Shown here piece after piece: positions 45,168-54,082 of a stretch of 64,000 nt of DNA. A program made the position numbers and the translations under genes. Location: assembly GCA_045613445.1 (NCBI GenBank), contig JAZLAZ010000007.1, positions 2,696-66,695 on the forward strand, given 5' to 3'. Origin of the DNA: Candidatus Enterousia sp. (GTDB lineage Bacteria; Pseudomonadota; Alphaproteobacteria; Rs-D84). Position 1 is the first letter of the stretch, and each line of letters opens with the position of its first letter. Below the pieces are notes generated by a model that was given only the letters and a program-made list of their open reading frames with translations, searched no databases and was not told the origin of the DNA.

Positions 45168-45196
45168 ATACTATCATATTTTCATTAAAAAGTCAA
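45168..45196 (-). promoter_or_regulatory. sigma70 promoter of the phage-type cluster
   Basis: Minus strand: TTGACT (45191-45196), 17 nt, TAGTAT (45168-45173). Confidence 0.6.
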
Positions 45197-45231
45197 GACA
45201 TTATTTCACAACCCGCGATTTTTCAAGACTT

Positions 45232-45912
45232 TTACACAATTATTTCATCACCATACACCAATAAATATCGTGTTCCACGACGCAAAACCAGCGCACCATT
45301 TTCATTTATACCAATCAATTCTGCCAGTTCACCTTGATACTTGACAGGTTTGTTTATGCACGCAGCCAATTCTGTCCATCTGGCGCGCACAGCGCGAAAA
45401 TCAGCACGACGCCACTTATCAATATTGCGCATCAATCTGTTTAGTAATTCATTCATTGGTATTTCAGAATAATTATCTAATTTGGTCGTCTGATATCGTT
45501 CAACAGTTGGATTTGAATTTACATTGATACCAATACCAACAACAACGAATCGGCCTGTATATTCAATCAAAATACCCGCCATTTTTTTATTATCCACCAA
45601 TATATCATTTGGCCATTTTATTGTTGGATGTACGCCAAATGACGCAATTGTTTCAGATACCGCCACTGCAATTGCATATGACAGACGCGCATCACGTTCA
45701 GGACATTCAAATATAAAACTGATATACAAATTTCCATGATGAGAAACCCATGTTCTGCGATATCGTCCACGCCCAGCAGATTGTGCCGCCGCCAAGACCG
45801 CCGTTTTATCAGTTGCACGCCCAGCATTGATTAGTTCATGCGCATAATCTTGGGTACTTGGGATTTTATCAAAAGATATCAATTTATAGTTTGCCAATAC
45901 TGTATACTCCAT
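45232..45912 (-). CDS. birA: biotin--[acetyl-CoA-carboxylase] ligase
   Basis: GRGRYRRTWVSHHGNLYISF signature, KWPNDILV. Start set to MEYTVLANYK. Confidence 0.85.
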   Translation of the reverse strand: MEYTVLANYKLISFDKIPSTQDYAHELINAGRATDKTAVLAAAQSAGRGRYRRTWVSHHGNLYISFIFECPERDARLSYAIAVAVSETIASFGVHPTIKWPNDILVDNKKMAGILIEYTGRFVVVGIGINVNSNPTVERYQTTKLDNYSEIPMNELLNRLMRNIDKWRRADFRAVRARWTELAACINKPVKYQGELAELIGINENGALVLRRGTRYLLVYGDEIIV

Positions 45913-46414
45913 TGTTATTTTGTATAAATTCCCGCCCATACATGCGACGCAATTGATAAATAGCCGTATCAACTGTATGCGTCGATGCATCGGGAGCATA
46001 TCCCAATGCACTTCTAAGTTGCATCGCTGTCATACCACCTGTTTGATACAAGCACGTCAGAATCTTGGCCTGAATTCGTGGTAAAACCACACTTTTTCCA
46101 AAAATCTTTGTCAAAACAGCACTGTTATCCGATATGCCCAATAATAAAGATTTTAATTCTGTTGGTGATAAAACATCTGAAATTTTTATATCATCAAAAT
46201 TGATATCTGTCACAGACGGTGCATCCAAGACACACGCACCCAAATCCCCCAGTATTTGTCGCCATACAATATCTGATGTATAAATACGAATACCTGATAG
46301 CATAGTAATATCGTAGCGAATAGACATAAAATTGTCCAATAAAAAAACCATATCTGTATTAAACCGATATGGTTTTTTGGGTATTAGTTTCCCATTGCAC
46401 AAACTTTTACCCAC
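45884..46414 (-). CDS. hypothetical protein with C-terminal OmpR-type winged-helix-like region
   Basis: LTCLYQTGGMTAMQLRSALGYAPDASTHTVDTAIYQLRRMYG..GVYSIG resembles a Trans_reg_C domain. Confidence 0.45.
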   Translation of the reverse strand: MGKSLCNGKLIPKKPYRFNTDMVFLLDNFMSIRYDITMLSGIRIYTSDIVWRQILGDLGACVLDAPSVTDINFDDIKISDVLSPTELKSLLLGISDNSAVLTKIFGKSVVLPRIQAKILTCLYQTGGMTAMQLRSALGYAPDASTHTVDTAIYQLRRMYGREFIQNNNGVYSIGKL

Positions 46415-46655
46415 GACTGTTATCAGGTTCTGGGTCTATAAACTTAGTAAAATCCTGAATTCTGGCACCCGTAGACGACAGAATTTTTGATATACTGTTT
46501 GTTGATGGCCAACGCGGTTGACCTTCTTTGGACCAACGTTTACTTCTGTTAAAGGTCGTTGGGTCCAATCCACTGCACTTTGCCAAACCAGAACACGACA
46601 TACCATGTTCCATGGCAAATTTTTCGATTGCATGCCAGACATCATCATGTGTCAT
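46407..46655 (-). CDS. HTH protein resembling the N-terminal domain of COG2932-type (CI/LexA-like) repressors
   Basis: WHAIEKFAMEHGMSCSGLAKCSGLDPTTFNRSKRWSKEGQPRWPSTNSISKIL. No peptidase domain attached. Confidence 0.55.
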   Translation of the reverse strand: MTHDDVWHAIEKFAMEHGMSCSGLAKCSGLDPTTFNRSKRWSKEGQPRWPSTNSISKILSSTGARIQDFTKFIDPEPDNSRG

Positions 46656-46818
46656 TTTTTTCTCCCTTCTTACTATTAAACACTAGAAGTCAACTTTTTT
46701 ATCTAATGCACATTGATTTTATTTCAGAATACCAGCATAAAACAACGAGTACCATTTCCTAGGAACACAATGATTTTCGAAAAAATATTGTACACAAAAA
46801 TTTTTTTTGACAAAATAC

Positions 46819-46847
46819 TTGACGAATCGATTTTTGTGTACTATATT
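46819..46847 (+). promoter_or_regulatory. sigma70 promoter of candidate sRNA
   Basis: TTGACG (46819-46824), 17 nt, TATATT (46842-46847). Confidence 0.6.
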
Positions 46848-46853
46848 CTATTT

Positions 46854-47043
46854 CGTCAAAGGGAACAAGCCCGATGACCAGATGGAAACATCTGTGGGGA
46901 CCAGAGGTTCAGACTCCCTCCTACATTCTCTCTCCTCTGGACTCTGGACCCCAAGATTTAGTTTAGAGTGTCCAATTTCTTTTTCTCCTTTCCTTCCTTT
47001 CGGGACACTCGAAAATACCGCCGGCGACGGCGGTGTTTTTTTC
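46854..47043 (+). ncRNA. candidate ~190-nt sRNA with C/U-rich (anti-SD-like) loops and a strong terminator
   Basis: Hairpin CCAGAGG/CCTCTGG with loop ..CCCUCCUACAUUCUCUCU... Hairpin GAGTGTCC/GGACACTC with a 29-nt loop UUUCUUUUUCUCCUUUCCUUCCUUUC. Terminator ACCGCCG-gcga-CGGCGGT plus U-run. Confidence 0.5.
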
Positions 47044-47081
47044 TGTATACATTTGTGGGTAGGGGCAAATTCTATATAAGT

Positions 47082-47381
47082 ATGTTAAAAAACATTATGC
47101 AAATCTTTCTGTTATTCTCAACAATATGCACTTGTACATATGCGAATAAAATCAAGTCCATTTGCCCAAAAGGATTGGTTGGACAGACCATATATAAAAT
47201 CGATGACGAAAAATTGACATATACCAGTCCTGATATATATTTAGAAGCAAGTGGCACACAATTTATTGATACCGGATTCATTCCAACACAAAACACCCGT
47301 ATTGTCGCATCAATTGAAGTAACGGACAACGCTTTATTGGGCGCATATATTATTTCAAAATTTATGATGGCGATAATTTAA
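47082..47381 (+). CDS. hypothetical secreted protein, possibly truncated (99 aa)
   Basis: Signal peptide MLKNIMQIFLLFSTICTCTYA. The ORF ends abruptly next to the priA 3' end. Confidence 0.4.
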   Translation: MLKNIMQIFLLFSTICTCTYANKIKSICPKGLVGQTIYKIDDEKLTYTSPDIYLEASGTQFIDTGFIPTQNTRIVASIEVTDNALLGAYIISKFMMAII

Positions 47382-47426
47382 TTCGAAACTTTGTTCCCGT
47401 TCCCAGCGGAATGCAAATCGGTAAAT

Positions 47427-49661
47427 TCACATAAAATTCATCGGATTTACATCGATTTTTACACGAATGTTTACGGGCTGTTTTACAGATTTTAGCCAAT
47501 GCAATACTATCGGTTGCAAATTTGCAGTGCGACCACCAGCCACCAAAAAACGCATACGATACCAATTCCTGATTTGATATATCTGGGCGGTAATTGGCCC
47601 CATTATTTTTGCACCTTTTAGATTGGGGATCGCATCACGCAATGCATTGCAATAAGACTGTAATACTTGTTCCCGTTGACCTTCGACAATAACTGCAATC
47701 AATTGACCATAAGGTGGCATATTCGCCATTTTACGCCCCATCATATCTGTTTGCATAAAAGAATCCCGATCACCTGCACAAATCGCCGTCAGCACCGGAT
47801 GTTCTGGCTGGTATGTCTGTAACAATACGCGTCCAGCATATTCGCCACGACCGGCACGACCTGCGACCTGAAATAACTGTTGAAAAGTATGTTCCGCCGC
47901 ACGGAAATCTGTACCAAACAACCCCATATCTGCATCCACAACACCGACCAAGGTCAAATTCGGAAAATGATGCCCCTTGGCCAAAATCTGTGTACCAATG
48001 ATTATATCAATGTCACCCTGCTCTATTGTATTCACCAGTCGTTCCAATGACTGACGTGAAGTTATAATATCACTGGAAACCAACGCAGTACGCGCATTTG
48101 GAAACCGAATATTGACTTCTTGCTCTATCTTTTCTAAACCAACACCACGCATAGAAACATCACAGCCACAATCAGGACATATTTTCGGTATTTGCATTGT
48201 ACGTCCACACATATGACACAGCATTTTTCCAATGCGTTTATGATATGTCATACCAACACTGCATTCCGGACATACACATGTCCAGCCACATTTTTTACAC
48301 TGAGTAATCGGTGCAAAACCACGCCTGTTGATAAACAGCATTATCTGATGTCCAGCAGATAAATTTTCTGATATCGCATCACATAATGGTTGCGATAAAA
48401 AACCTGTCTGTTCTGCTTCGCCAACAGTATATGGTTCTGGGCGATTTTCACGCAAATCGATAGTCTTGATATCAGGCAACTGTGCCCCACCAAATCTGGA
48501 TGTCAGTTTTAAATGAACATATTTGCCTAAATTTACATTTTCTAATGTTTCTGCAGATGGGGTGGCACTGGCCAACACAACGGGAACACCTGCAATCTTG
48601 GCACGCAGAATCGCCATATCACGCGCATGATAATTTCCCATATCTTCTTGCTTGTACGATGTATCATGTTCTTCGTCAATAACAATCAGACCTAAATTCT
48701 GCCACGGCAAGAATAATGCACTGCGTGTACCAACAACCATTTTTATTTTACCGTCCAACACACCATGCCAAATTTCACGACGACGCGCAGTTGTTAAATT
48801 ACTGTGCCAGACAACAGGATATTCACCAAATCTATTCTTGAAACGCGACATAAATTGCGCAGTCAGCGCAATTTCTGGCATCATCAATAACACAGAACGT
48901 CCCGCACTGTACGCGCGCCATGCAGAATCAAAATAAACCTGTGTTTTTCCACTGCCTGTTATACCGTCTAATAAATGTACAGAAAAACCACCATTTAATA
49001 AGGATTTTCCAATCGCATCTGCTGCGGATTGTTGCTGACCGTTTAATATAATATTTCCACAGTCTTGATATATAAATTCAGATATATTTGTTTTTTTAGG
49101 TTGTTCCCCAACAGGTATCAAAGTACCGTTCTTTATCATAGAACGAACCACCGCACTGCTTACATGTGCGATATTTTGGACATCAGATATCGTCATCGCA
49201 TCATTATCATTTGACGAATATGCATCTGCCACAGCCTGTCTGTTCAAGGTCATGCGACAATTCGTATCTTGATTATACACATACAGCGCATCCATACGCG
49301 GCGGACAAAACGCATCTGGAATATTGACAATCAATCGCAGAACCATCCCCATCGGAATCAGTGTCCATTCAGACATCCGTGCAATCCACTGCAAGTCAGA
49401 AATATTTAATTTAGACTGGAATACAGCCGATATATCTTTTATTTTGCTGTCTGGCAGATTACTGTCGCCCAACCCCCAGATAACACCAACACATGGCCTG
49501 TTCATAACATTGACGCGTACAAAAGTTCCAATATCCGCAGGTTCACCCAGCCGATAATCATAACCAGCATTCGGTATATTCGCAACCAAGACTTTTACAA
49601 TTGTACCCACATCAAACATGGTTATTAAAGTACTTGTTTTTTTCGAAAAATTCAATACCAT
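47427..49661 (-). CDS. priA: primosomal protein N' (PriA helicase)
   Basis: GITGSGKT, DEEHD, Cys-rich Zn region CKKCGWTCVCPECS..CHMCG. The start may be the internal MFDVG at 49619. Confidence 0.92.
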   Translation of the reverse strand: MVLNFSKKTSTLITMFDVGTIVKVLVANIPNAGYDYRLGEPADIGTFVRVNVMNRPCVGVIWGLGDSNLPDSKIKDISAVFQSKLNISDLQWIARMSEWTLIPMGMVLRLIVNIPDAFCPPRMDALYVYNQDTNCRMTLNRQAVADAYSSNDNDAMTISDVQNIAHVSSAVVRSMIKNGTLIPVGEQPKKTNISEFIYQDCGNIILNGQQQSAADAIGKSLLNGGFSVHLLDGITGSGKTQVYFDSAWRAYSAGRSVLLMMPEIALTAQFMSRFKNRFGEYPVVWHSNLTTARRREIWHGVLDGKIKMVVGTRSALFLPWQNLGLIVIDEEHDTSYKQEDMGNYHARDMAILRAKIAGVPVVLASATPSAETLENVNLGKYVHLKLTSRFGGAQLPDIKTIDLRENRPEPYTVGEAEQTGFLSQPLCDAISENLSAGHQIMLFINRRGFAPITQCKKCGWTCVCPECSVGMTYHKRIGKMLCHMCGRTMQIPKICPDCGCDVSMRGVGLEKIEQEVNIRFPNARTALVSSDIITSRQSLERLVNTIEQGDIDIIIGTQILAKGHHFPNLTLVGVVDADMGLFGTDFRAAEHTFQQLFQVAGRAGRGEYAGRVLLQTYQPEHPVLTAICAGDRDSFMQTDMMGRKMANMPPYGQLIAVIVEGQREQVLQSYCNALRDAIPNLKGAKIMGPITAQIYQIRNWYRMRFLVAGGRTANLQPIVLHWLKSVKQPVNIRVKIDVNPMNFM

Positions 49662-49695
49662 TTATCACATATTAAAAATCAAAGGATAATTTTAT

Positions 49696-50442
49696 ATGTG
49701 GCGTATTTTTTTTGAATTTTTGTACATAATATCTTTTCTGATTCCTGGGAAAAAAAATCGTGAATGGTTCAGAATGGAAAAATGTTTCGGTTATCACGAT
49801 AAATTAAAGGCAATCATGCAAGCATGCCCAGATATAAACTGGAAACACATGCGCTTGGCCAAGGGCGGCGGCAGTTTGGCGTTTATCGTCGGCGACACTG
49901 TGTTCAAAGTACGCAAGTTCCATAAACACGATAATTCAGAACAAAAATTTACATATGAAAAAATGATAACAGATGCGATTGCACCTGTGTTGCCTGTACA
50001 AGTACCACATATTGAATTGATTTATGCAGGAGAATATTTATTCTATAAAACAAAATTCATTCATGGTCGTGTGTTATTAAATATGCCATTAAAAAAAATT
50101 ATTAAAAACAATCACAAAATAGGTACACAAATTGGGCATATTATGTACACTTTGTTTAACACCGATTTCAAAAAATTAAAATCTATCCAACCTGCAGATG
50201 CGAATAAAAATGACTGTGGTTTAACACATGGTGACATGTGCAGCAATATTATTGTAAACCCAGAAACAATGGATGTTGTTGGTATTATCGATTGGGAATA
50301 CGCAGGTTATTCGTCGCTGATGCGTGAATTTTTTGGTCTGTTCCGCGTTCGCCGCAAAATGCGTTTGACAGATATCGCACCAATCGCAATGCGAACATAT
50401 TGGTTTTTAACACACGCTGACGACATAAAAAAATCAAAATAA
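49696..50442 (+). CDS. APH-family phosphotransferase/kinase-like protein
   Basis: LTHGDMCSNIIV (HGD catalytic loop) and IIDWEYAGY motifs. Confidence 0.55.
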   Translation: MWRIFFEFLYIISFLIPGKKNREWFRMEKCFGYHDKLKAIMQACPDINWKHMRLAKGGGSLAFIVGDTVFKVRKFHKHDNSEQKFTYEKMITDAIAPVLPVQVPHIELIYAGEYLFYKTKFIHGRVLLNMPLKKIIKNNHKIGTQIGHIMYTLFNTDFKKLKSIQPADANKNDCGLTHGDMCSNIIVNPETMDVVGIIDWEYAGYSSLMREFFGLFRVRRKMRLTDIAPIAMRTYWFLTHADDIKKSK

Positions 50443-50514
50443 ATCACACCGTCTATTGACAAAGATTGTTTTTTGTGCTATAATATACAGTATGATTTAA
50501 CAAGAGGACACCTT

Positions 50515-51015
50515 ATGAGCAAAAATAAAGAACGCACCACCGAAGAACAGGCAACATATCAGCATATCAGACAGGCATTAAATGACTATGTCATGCAAGA
50601 ACACGGTTACTATCATCTGAAACCAGGTGAAACCAAATCACGTTGGATTGCTGTTATGCCATATATGCCGGAATTGGTTGAAAAGTTGTTAAAAAAAGTT
50701 ACACATATTTTGAACATTGAAACAAAAAGCAAAAACCCAGTATTTATGGTACATGTTATCACTGATATTGCGTACTATTTGTCCGAATACGCTGTTAAAA
50801 ATCCAGAAAGCATCAATCGCAATCAGACAGCCAAGGCATTAAAACAAAAACTAATGACTGAAAATGCTGTGCTGCAGGGTAAGTTTAAAGTATCACCACA
50901 AGAAAAGCATGAACGCAAGATCGAAGCAGCAAAAAAAGCCCGTCAAGTTCATAGCCAAGTAAATGGTTTATTCCGTGAAATGCAAGATGACTTCAGACAT
51001 CATTGGTGCAGATAA
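50515..51015 (+). CDS. hypothetical protein (166 aa)
   Basis: ATG 50515 with RBS AGAGGA. No homology recognised. Confidence 0.5.
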   Translation: MSKNKERTTEEQATYQHIRQALNDYVMQEHGYYHLKPGETKSRWIAVMPYMPELVEKLLKKVTHILNIETKSKNPVFMVHVITDIAYYLSEYAVKNPESINRNQTAKALKQKLMTENAVLQGKFKVSPQEKHERKIEAAKKARQVHSQVNGLFREMQDDFRHHWCR

Positions 51016-51025
51016 GCAATAATAC

Positions 51026-51910
51026 TTATAAAACCAAACCAATATCCGCATCGTCACCGGTGCGGTTTATTATTATATCAGGCTGAAATTGTGTACGAAA
51101 CCATGTTCGTTGACGCTTTGCATACTGATTGGTCTTATTTACCCAATCAGAAATACAATCTGACGAAGATTTTTCCCCGCGCAGATATGCACATAACTGC
51201 ATTGCACCAATTGCACGCGTTGCGTCCAAATTATAATCTATTATATTTTGCGCCTCGACCAACGCACCACCAGACAACATCTGTGGTATTCTTGCGGCAA
51301 TCCGTTCACGCAAAACATCTGCATCAGGGTTTATCAATACGCAATACGCATTTGGAACCACAGCACCTGTACGCGGTGCATTTTGGAATTCAGATAAATG
51401 ACGACCTGTTTCAAAAAAGACTTCCAGTGCACGTGCGATTCTTTGTGGATCTGTCGCAGAAAAGGTATCTGGCAACAAATTGCGCGCAGCCACAATATCG
51501 TTTGCAACCAAGCTGCGCGCACGATTGCGCGCTTCTGTTCCAACATCTGGCATCGGTGAAATTCCATTTATCAACGCATTTATATAATAACCTGTGCCAC
51601 CAACAAAAATTGGTGTGCGCCCTGCACTAATCGCATTATTATATTCCTTGCGTGCCAGTTTCAGATAATCTGCAACACTGATTTGTTCTGATAACGGCAA
51701 CACAGAAAACAATTGATACGGCACACCATCAATATTATCAGACAACACATGTCCTGCAAACGGACTGGCAGAAATATTTTCAATACCTTGATAAATCTGA
51801 ACACTGTCACAGTTTATAATACATCCACCGATTTCACATGCCAATCGATGGGCAAAACTGGATTTACCCGATGCTGTTGGCCCTGCGATGATATATGCTG
51901 TGTGTTTCAT
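51026..51910 (-). CDS. miaA: tRNA dimethylallyltransferase
   Basis: IIAGPTASGKS P-loop, GGTGYY, QYAKRQRTWFR. Confidence 0.92.
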   Translation of the reverse strand: MKHTAYIIAGPTASGKSSFAHRLACEIGGCIINCDSVQIYQGIENISASPFAGHVLSDNIDGVPYQLFSVLPLSEQISVADYLKLARKEYNNAISAGRTPIFVGGTGYYINALINGISPMPDVGTEARNRARSLVANDIVAARNLLPDTFSATDPQRIARALEVFFETGRHLSEFQNAPRTGAVVPNAYCVLINPDADVLRERIAARIPQMLSGGALVEAQNIIDYNLDATRAIGAMQLCAYLRGEKSSSDCISDWVNKTNQYAKRQRTWFRTQFQPDIIINRTGDDADIGLVL

Positions 51911-52024
51911 TTGATGTGATTATAGTACCAGATTGTAAATTGTAAATAAAATATTGTAATTGTGAAAATTATGGTGCTATGATAATCACATGTCCAATTG
52001 ATGAATAAACGAAAGGAAAAATAT

Positions 52025-53023
52025 ATGTCAAAAGTAAGAGTTGCAATCAACGGTTTTGGGCGCATTGGGCGCTTGGTATTGCGTGCAGCACTGGAATCCG
52101 GCCGTGATGATATTGAATTTGTTGCAGTAAATGATTTGGCACCTGCTGAACAGAACGCATATTTGTTAAAGTATGATTCTGTACATGGTAATTTGCCAAT
52201 GGATGTAAAACAGGAAGGTGATTATATTATCGCTGGAAATCATAAAATAAAATGTTTATCTGAACGCAATCCCGAAAATTTACCTTGGGGCGAATTAAAC
52301 ATAGATATCGTTATGGAATGTACAGGTATCTTTACTGCTGCGGACAAGGCACGCGTTCATCTGGAAGCAGGCGCAAAACGCGTTTTAGTATCCGCACCAT
52401 CCGCAGGCGCAGATAAAACAATCGTATATGGCGTAAACCAAGACACATTGACCAGTTCTGATTTAATCGTTTCAAATGCATCATGCACAACTAACTGCTT
52501 GGCTCCTGTGGTCAAAGTATTAAATGATACATTTGGTGTTATATCGGGCTGGATGACAACTGTACATGCATATACCGGCGATCAGCAGTTACTGGATAAA
52601 AATCATAAAGATTTCCGTCGCGCACGCGCAGCAAACTTGTCTATGATTCCAACCAGCACTGGTGCAGCCAAAGCAATCGGTTTGGTATTACCGGAATTGG
52701 CTGGTAAATTAGATGGCATGGCAATTCGCGTTCCAACCCCAGATGTATCTGTGGTTGAATTGGTTGCAAATCTGGCAAATAATGCAACTGTTGAAGCCGT
52801 AAATAACGCAATGAAGGCTGCACAATCTGCAACATTTGGCTATAACGATATGCCATTGGTATCGATTGACTTTACACATGACGCACACAGTTCTGTGTTC
52901 GATGCCGGCCAGACCAAGGTTTTAGGTGAAAAATTAGTCCATGTAACTGCGTGGTATGATAACGAATGGGGATTTTCAAACCGTATGTGTGATACAGCCG
53001 TTGCGATGGGTAAACTGATATAA
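52025..53023 (+). CDS. gap: glyceraldehyde-3-phosphate dehydrogenase
   Basis: VAINGFGRIGR, SNASCTTNCLAP, WYDNEWGFS. Confidence 0.95.
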   Translation: MSKVRVAINGFGRIGRLVLRAALESGRDDIEFVAVNDLAPAEQNAYLLKYDSVHGNLPMDVKQEGDYIIAGNHKIKCLSERNPENLPWGELNIDIVMECTGIFTAADKARVHLEAGAKRVLVSAPSAGADKTIVYGVNQDTLTSSDLIVSNASCTTNCLAPVVKVLNDTFGVISGWMTTVHAYTGDQQLLDKNHKDFRRARAANLSMIPTSTGAAKAIGLVLPELAGKLDGMAIRVPTPDVSVVELVANLANNATVEAVNNAMKAAQSATFGYNDMPLVSIDFTHDAHSSVFDAGQTKVLGEKLVHVTAWYDNEWGFSNRMCDTAVAMGKLI

Positions 53024-53049
53024 AAATCCCCCATTGTGGGGATTTTTAA
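53022..53049. terminator. terminator AAAAATCCCC-cattgt-GGGGATTTTT
   Basis: Member of the stereotyped hairpin family. Directly overlaps the gap stop codon. Confidence 0.75.
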
Positions 53050-53066
53050 TTTATGAAAAAAAATGC

Positions 53067-53095
53067 TTGCAATTATTTTTCAGACAATATATTAT
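53067..53095 (+). promoter_or_regulatory. sigma70 promoter of tRNA-Asp
   Basis: TTGCAA, 17 nt, TATTAT; ends about 14 nt before the tRNA 5' end. Confidence 0.5.
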
Positions 53096-53109
53096 ATGCA
53101 GTGCTTTAA

Positions 53110-53186
53110 GGGGTTGTAGCTCAGCTGGTTAGAGCGTCTGCCTGTCACGCAGAAGGTCGCGGGTTCGAGCCCCGTCAATCCCGCCA
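53110..53186 (+). tRNA. tRNA-Asp (GUC)
   Basis: Hand-folded: acceptor GGGGTTG/CAATCCC, anticodon loop CTGTCAC, T-loop TTCGAGC, GCCA. Confidence 0.88.
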
Positions 53187-53193
53187 GCTATTC

Positions 53194-53219
53194 ACACCGT
53201 CATTATGACGGTGTTTTTT
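53194..53219 (+). terminator. intrinsic terminator after tRNA-Asp
   Basis: ACACCGTCA-tta-TGACGGTGT followed by TTTTTT. Confidence 0.75.
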
Positions 53220-53282
53220 CTTGTTTATTATTGTGTTTTTTGTTTTATAATATTTTACATATACTAATAAAAAGGAGAAAAC

Positions 53283-53708
53283 ATGAAATTCAAACTGATT
53301 GCTGCTGGCGCATGTGCATTGGCACTGGCCGCATGCGGTGATAACGGCCAAAACCCAGAATTATTAAAAGGTGCAAACTTTGTATCTGCCCAGCCTGGGG
53401 TTGACATTACACTATCTTTTGACCCAAATGAAATGCGCGTATATGGTCGTGTTGTGAACTTGTATAACGGTGGATATACTGCGGATGGCGATGAAATTAA
53501 ATTTGATGGCTTTGCATCAACTATGATGATGGGCGCACCAGAAGCCATGGAAACAGAATCAGAATATTTTCAGTTTATGCCAACTGTTGAAACATACGAA
53601 TACAACGATGGCAAACTGACACTGATTGGCGAAAACGGCAAAGAAATCGTCTTTGTTCAGGTTGAAGGATTGCCAGAAGCAAACGCGTCTGAACAGCCAG
53701 CGGAATAA
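53283..53708 (+). CDS. META-domain (HslJ-like) lipoprotein
   Basis: Lipobox ALAACG. NLYNGGYTADGDEIKFDGFASTMMMG..EYFQFM..YEYNDGKLTL pattern of META domains. Confidence 0.6.
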   Translation: MKFKLIAAGACALALAACGDNGQNPELLKGANFVSAQPGVDITLSFDPNEMRVYGRVVNLYNGGYTADGDEIKFDGFASTMMMGAPEAMETESEYFQFMPTVETYEYNDGKLTLIGENGKEIVFVQVEGLPEANASEQPAE

Positions 53709-53724
53709 AATCGTTGATAAATAC

Positions 53725-53753
53725 TTGACAACGGTTATCAGACCAGTTATAAT
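53725..53753 (+). promoter_or_regulatory. consensus sigma70 promoter of tRNA-Glu
   Basis: TTGACA, 17 nt, TATAAT (perfect consensus). Confidence 0.65.
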
Positions 53754-53785
53754 TTGCCAGCGTTCGATATGAACACGGCAGTTTT

Positions 53786-53861
53786 GGCCCCATCGTCTAG
53801 AGGCCTAGGACACCGCCCTTTCAAGGCGAGAACACCGGTTCGAATCCGGTTGGGGCTGCCA
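53786..53861 (+). tRNA. tRNA-Glu (UUC)
   Basis: GGCCCCATCGTCTAGAGGCCTAGGACACCGCCCTTTCAAGGCG..GGTTCGAATCC..GCCA. Closely parallels canonical bacterial tRNA-Glu. Confidence 0.85.
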
Positions 53862-53892
53862 AAAATCAAAACCACCTTTTGGGTGGTTTTTA

Positions 53893-53913
53893 TTTTTGGC
53901 AGACCCAACCGGA
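53893..53913. repeat. inverted copy (20/21) of the tRNA-Glu 3' end
   Basis: TTTTTGGCAGACCCAACCGGA is the reverse complement of 53845-53865 (TCCGGTTGGGGCTGCCAAAAA) with one mismatch. Confidence 0.8.
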
Positions 53914-54082
53914 TACGCCAGAGTGCCGATATTGGTGCGTATGCACCATATGACAACGCAGTTTTCGTGGGCATCGCCCACAGGCACGCATGGCGAATAC
54001 GAGAATACACAATTAGAAAAATCTTAAAAAATCGACCAAGGGAGATTTTTTTGATTTTATTTATTGCGTATCGAGGGGCGAT

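Larger units (their letters stand above)
32208..45196 (-). mobile_element. compact podovirus-type structural/lysis/packaging cluster (defective prophage or domesticated particle locus)
   Basis: Collinear minus-strand genes from endolysin to portal between birA and trpS. One promoter at 45168-45196. No integrase, replication genes or att repeats seen. Confidence 0.7.

Noticed and set aside
46854-47043. Considered a two-piece (permuted) alphaproteobacterial tmRNA because of GGTTCAGACTCC.
   Set aside because: I could not build a T-arm around it. There is no acceptor or CCA segment and no Ala-rich tag ORF ending in ..AA-stop. It was kept as an unclassified sRNA instead. ORF 46807..47079 over it was rejected for the same reason.
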